This document shows positions 60,885-62,369 of a stretch of DNA of 62,369 nt, piece after piece (the first letter of the stretch is position 1; every line of letters starts with the position of its first letter). The notes under the pieces are model-generated. The model ran no database searches. It worked only from the letters and a program-made list of their open reading frames with translations, and was not told the DNA's origin. The stretch spans positions 1-62,369 of the forward strand of contig JBMOPW010000033.1 of the NCBI GenBank assembly GCA_049322915.1, written 5' to 3'. Origin of the DNA: Candidatus Zhuqueibacterota bacterium. GTDB lineage: Bacteria > Zhuqueibacterota > Zhuqueibacteria > Thermofontimicrobiales > Thermofontimicrobiaceae. The position numbers were made by a program, and so were the translations under genes.

Positions 60885-62219
60885 ATGGCGCTCACCGGTT
60901 TACAGATACAGAAATTGCTCCCCAAAACGAATTGCAAGGAATGCGGCTCCAATACCTGTCTCGCGTTTGCCATGAAACTGGCGGCGAAAAAAGCAGACCT
61001 GTCCCTCTGCCCGTACGCTTCGGAAGAGGCGAAACAGGTGCTGGGCGCGGCCAGCGAACCGCCTGTCAAAGGCATCGCGCTGGGCGCGGATAAATCGCTG
61101 TGGATTGGCGAAGAGACTGTGCTCTATCGCCACGAGAAGACCTTCGTGCATCAAACCGCGCTGGCGATCAATATCGACGACACGGATTCCCCGGACTCCA
61201 TCGCTGCGACATTGGCTGCGATCAAAGAGTATCAACTGGAACGCGTCGGGGAGACGCTGACGATCGACATGGTGGCCATCACCAACAGGAGCGGCGACGC
61301 AGATAAATTTGCAGAAGTGGCTGATCAGGCGTGGCGCAGCGTGCAAAAACCGCTGGTGCTTCGCAGCGCCGATGCTGCGTCACTGACCCGAGCGGCCCGG
61401 GCAGTGAAAGGCTCGCACAGCGTTCTGGCGTCTGCAACAGTGGAAACGGCGGAGATATTGAGTCAGGTCGCCGCCGAAACCGAACATGCGCTGGCAGTCA
61501 CGGCTCCGAATTTGAATGGCCTGGTCGAGCTGACGTCGAAACTCAAGGAGTCAGGGTTCACGGATTTGATCCTGCTGTATGAGACATTCTCGCTGGCAGA
61601 GCAATTCCAGATGAATTCCATTGCCCGGCGCGCGGCATTGAAGGATAATTTCAAATCGCTGGGTTACCCCAGTCTGCGTTTCATCGGAGAGGCCGATGCG
61701 CTGGAAACCACCGTGGCCGCTGTGAACGAAATCAGCAAGTACGGCGGGATTTGCGTGCTGCCGTCGTTCGATCCGGCGCAGCTTGCCGCGTTGATGACGC
61801 TCCGCCTCAATATTTACACGGATCCCCAGAAACCGATTCAGGTGGAGCCACGGGTCTATCCCATTGGTGAGCCGAACGAAAACTCGCCGATCTTCATCAC
61901 CACCAATTTTTCGCTGACCTATTTCATCGTCTCCGGCGAAATAGAAAACAGCGGCATCAGCGCGTGGCTTGTTGTGCCGGAGTGCGAAGGCATGAGCGTG
62001 CTCACGGCGTGGGCAGCCGGTAAATTTTCAGGCGCGTCCATCGCCAAATTCATCAAAGAAGTGGGGCTGGAATCGCTGGTGGCCACGCGGCAGGTGATCA
62101 TCCCCGGGTATGTCGCGCAAATCAGCGGCGAGCTGGAGGAAGGCCTGCCCGGCTGGAAAGTGCTTGTTGGTCCGCAGGAGGCCGGCGATCTCGAAAGTTA
62201 CATCAAGGCGCGGCTGTAA
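60885..62219 (+). CDS. acsC: Corrinoid Fe-S protein large subunit
   Basis: LPKTNCKECGSNTCLAFAM...CPY Fe-S motif, ETVLYRHEKTF, IYTDPQKP, TTNFSLTYF, SVLTAWAAGKF. Confidence 0.96.
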   Translation: MALTGLQIQKLLPKTNCKECGSNTCLAFAMKLAAKKADLSLCPYASEEAKQVLGAASEPPVKGIALGADKSLWIGEETVLYRHEKTFVHQTALAINIDDTDSPDSIAATLAAIKEYQLERVGETLTIDMVAITNRSGDADKFAEVADQAWRSVQKPLVLRSADAASLTRAARAVKGSHSVLASATVETAEILSQVAAETEHALAVTAPNLNGLVELTSKLKESGFTDLILLYETFSLAEQFQMNSIARRAALKDNFKSLGYPSLRFIGEADALETTVAAVNEISKYGGICVLPSFDPAQLAALMTLRLNIYTDPQKPIQVEPRVYPIGEPNENSPIFITTNFSLTYFIVSGEIENSGISAWLVVPECEGMSVLTAWAAGKFSGASIAKFIKEVGLESLVATRQVIIPGYVAQISGELEEGLPGWKVLVGPQEAGDLESYIKARL

Positions 62220-62319
62220 CAATCCTGATCGCGCATCATTCGGGATGAATGACCGGAACGATGGGTAATAAAAATTAAGACGCTCTGCCATAACATCATC
62301 AAAATATAAAAACTATAAA

Positions 62320-62346
62320 CGCAGAGTGCGCTGAGAACGCAGAGGA
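62320..62346. repeat. 9-nt tandem array (CGCAGAG-type)
   Basis: cgcagagtg-cgctgagaa-cgcagagga; any partner arm would lie beyond the window. Confidence 0.5.
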
Positions 62347-62369
62347 AAAAAAGAATAATTTTAAATGAT

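Overview
A 62.4-kb chromosomal window from a diderm (LPS-making) bacterium. An FCB-group lineage such as KSB1/Calditrichota is inferred from PorV-like proteins and a Bacteroidota-style RpoZ, but this is not proven. Essentially all credible genes lie on the + strand. In order: (1) housekeeping block mutS, PorV-like, yicC-remA-gmk-rpoZ-coaBC-UDG-dnaB-rel-HU-ruvX (0.2-13.3 kb); (2) a patchy accessory segment (13.3-18.3 kb) with a gene remnant and a methyltransferase bracketed by palindromic REP-like doublets; (3) envelope and cofactor genes (lnt, bamD, nadD, plsC, Crp/Fnr, NUDIX); (4) a GH63-like hydrolase plus GT4 pair; (5) an LPS-core cluster (GT9, GT2, msbA, GT4, GT9, GT2) interrupted by nested non-autonomous elements; (6) meaB, a large PAS/GAF hybrid kinase and YhhN; (7) a GalU-like gene coupled to a 1,114-aa GHMP-kinase/UDPGP-type pyrophosphorylase fusion; (8) a Wood-Ljungdahl carbonyl-branch cluster: core-MetE (MesB-like), two CooC/AcsF ATPases, cooS, an in-frame AcsB-AcsD fusion, an inserted SAM methyltransferase, and acsC. 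The most notable observations are the AcsB-AcsD fusion next to a CFeSP-type methionine synthase, the kinase-pyrophosphorylase fusion, and several interlocking families of small repeats or MITEs with no transposase in the window. No rRNA, tRNA, CRISPR array, transposase or integrase was recognised. All calls come from reading the sequence by eye; no database search was run.
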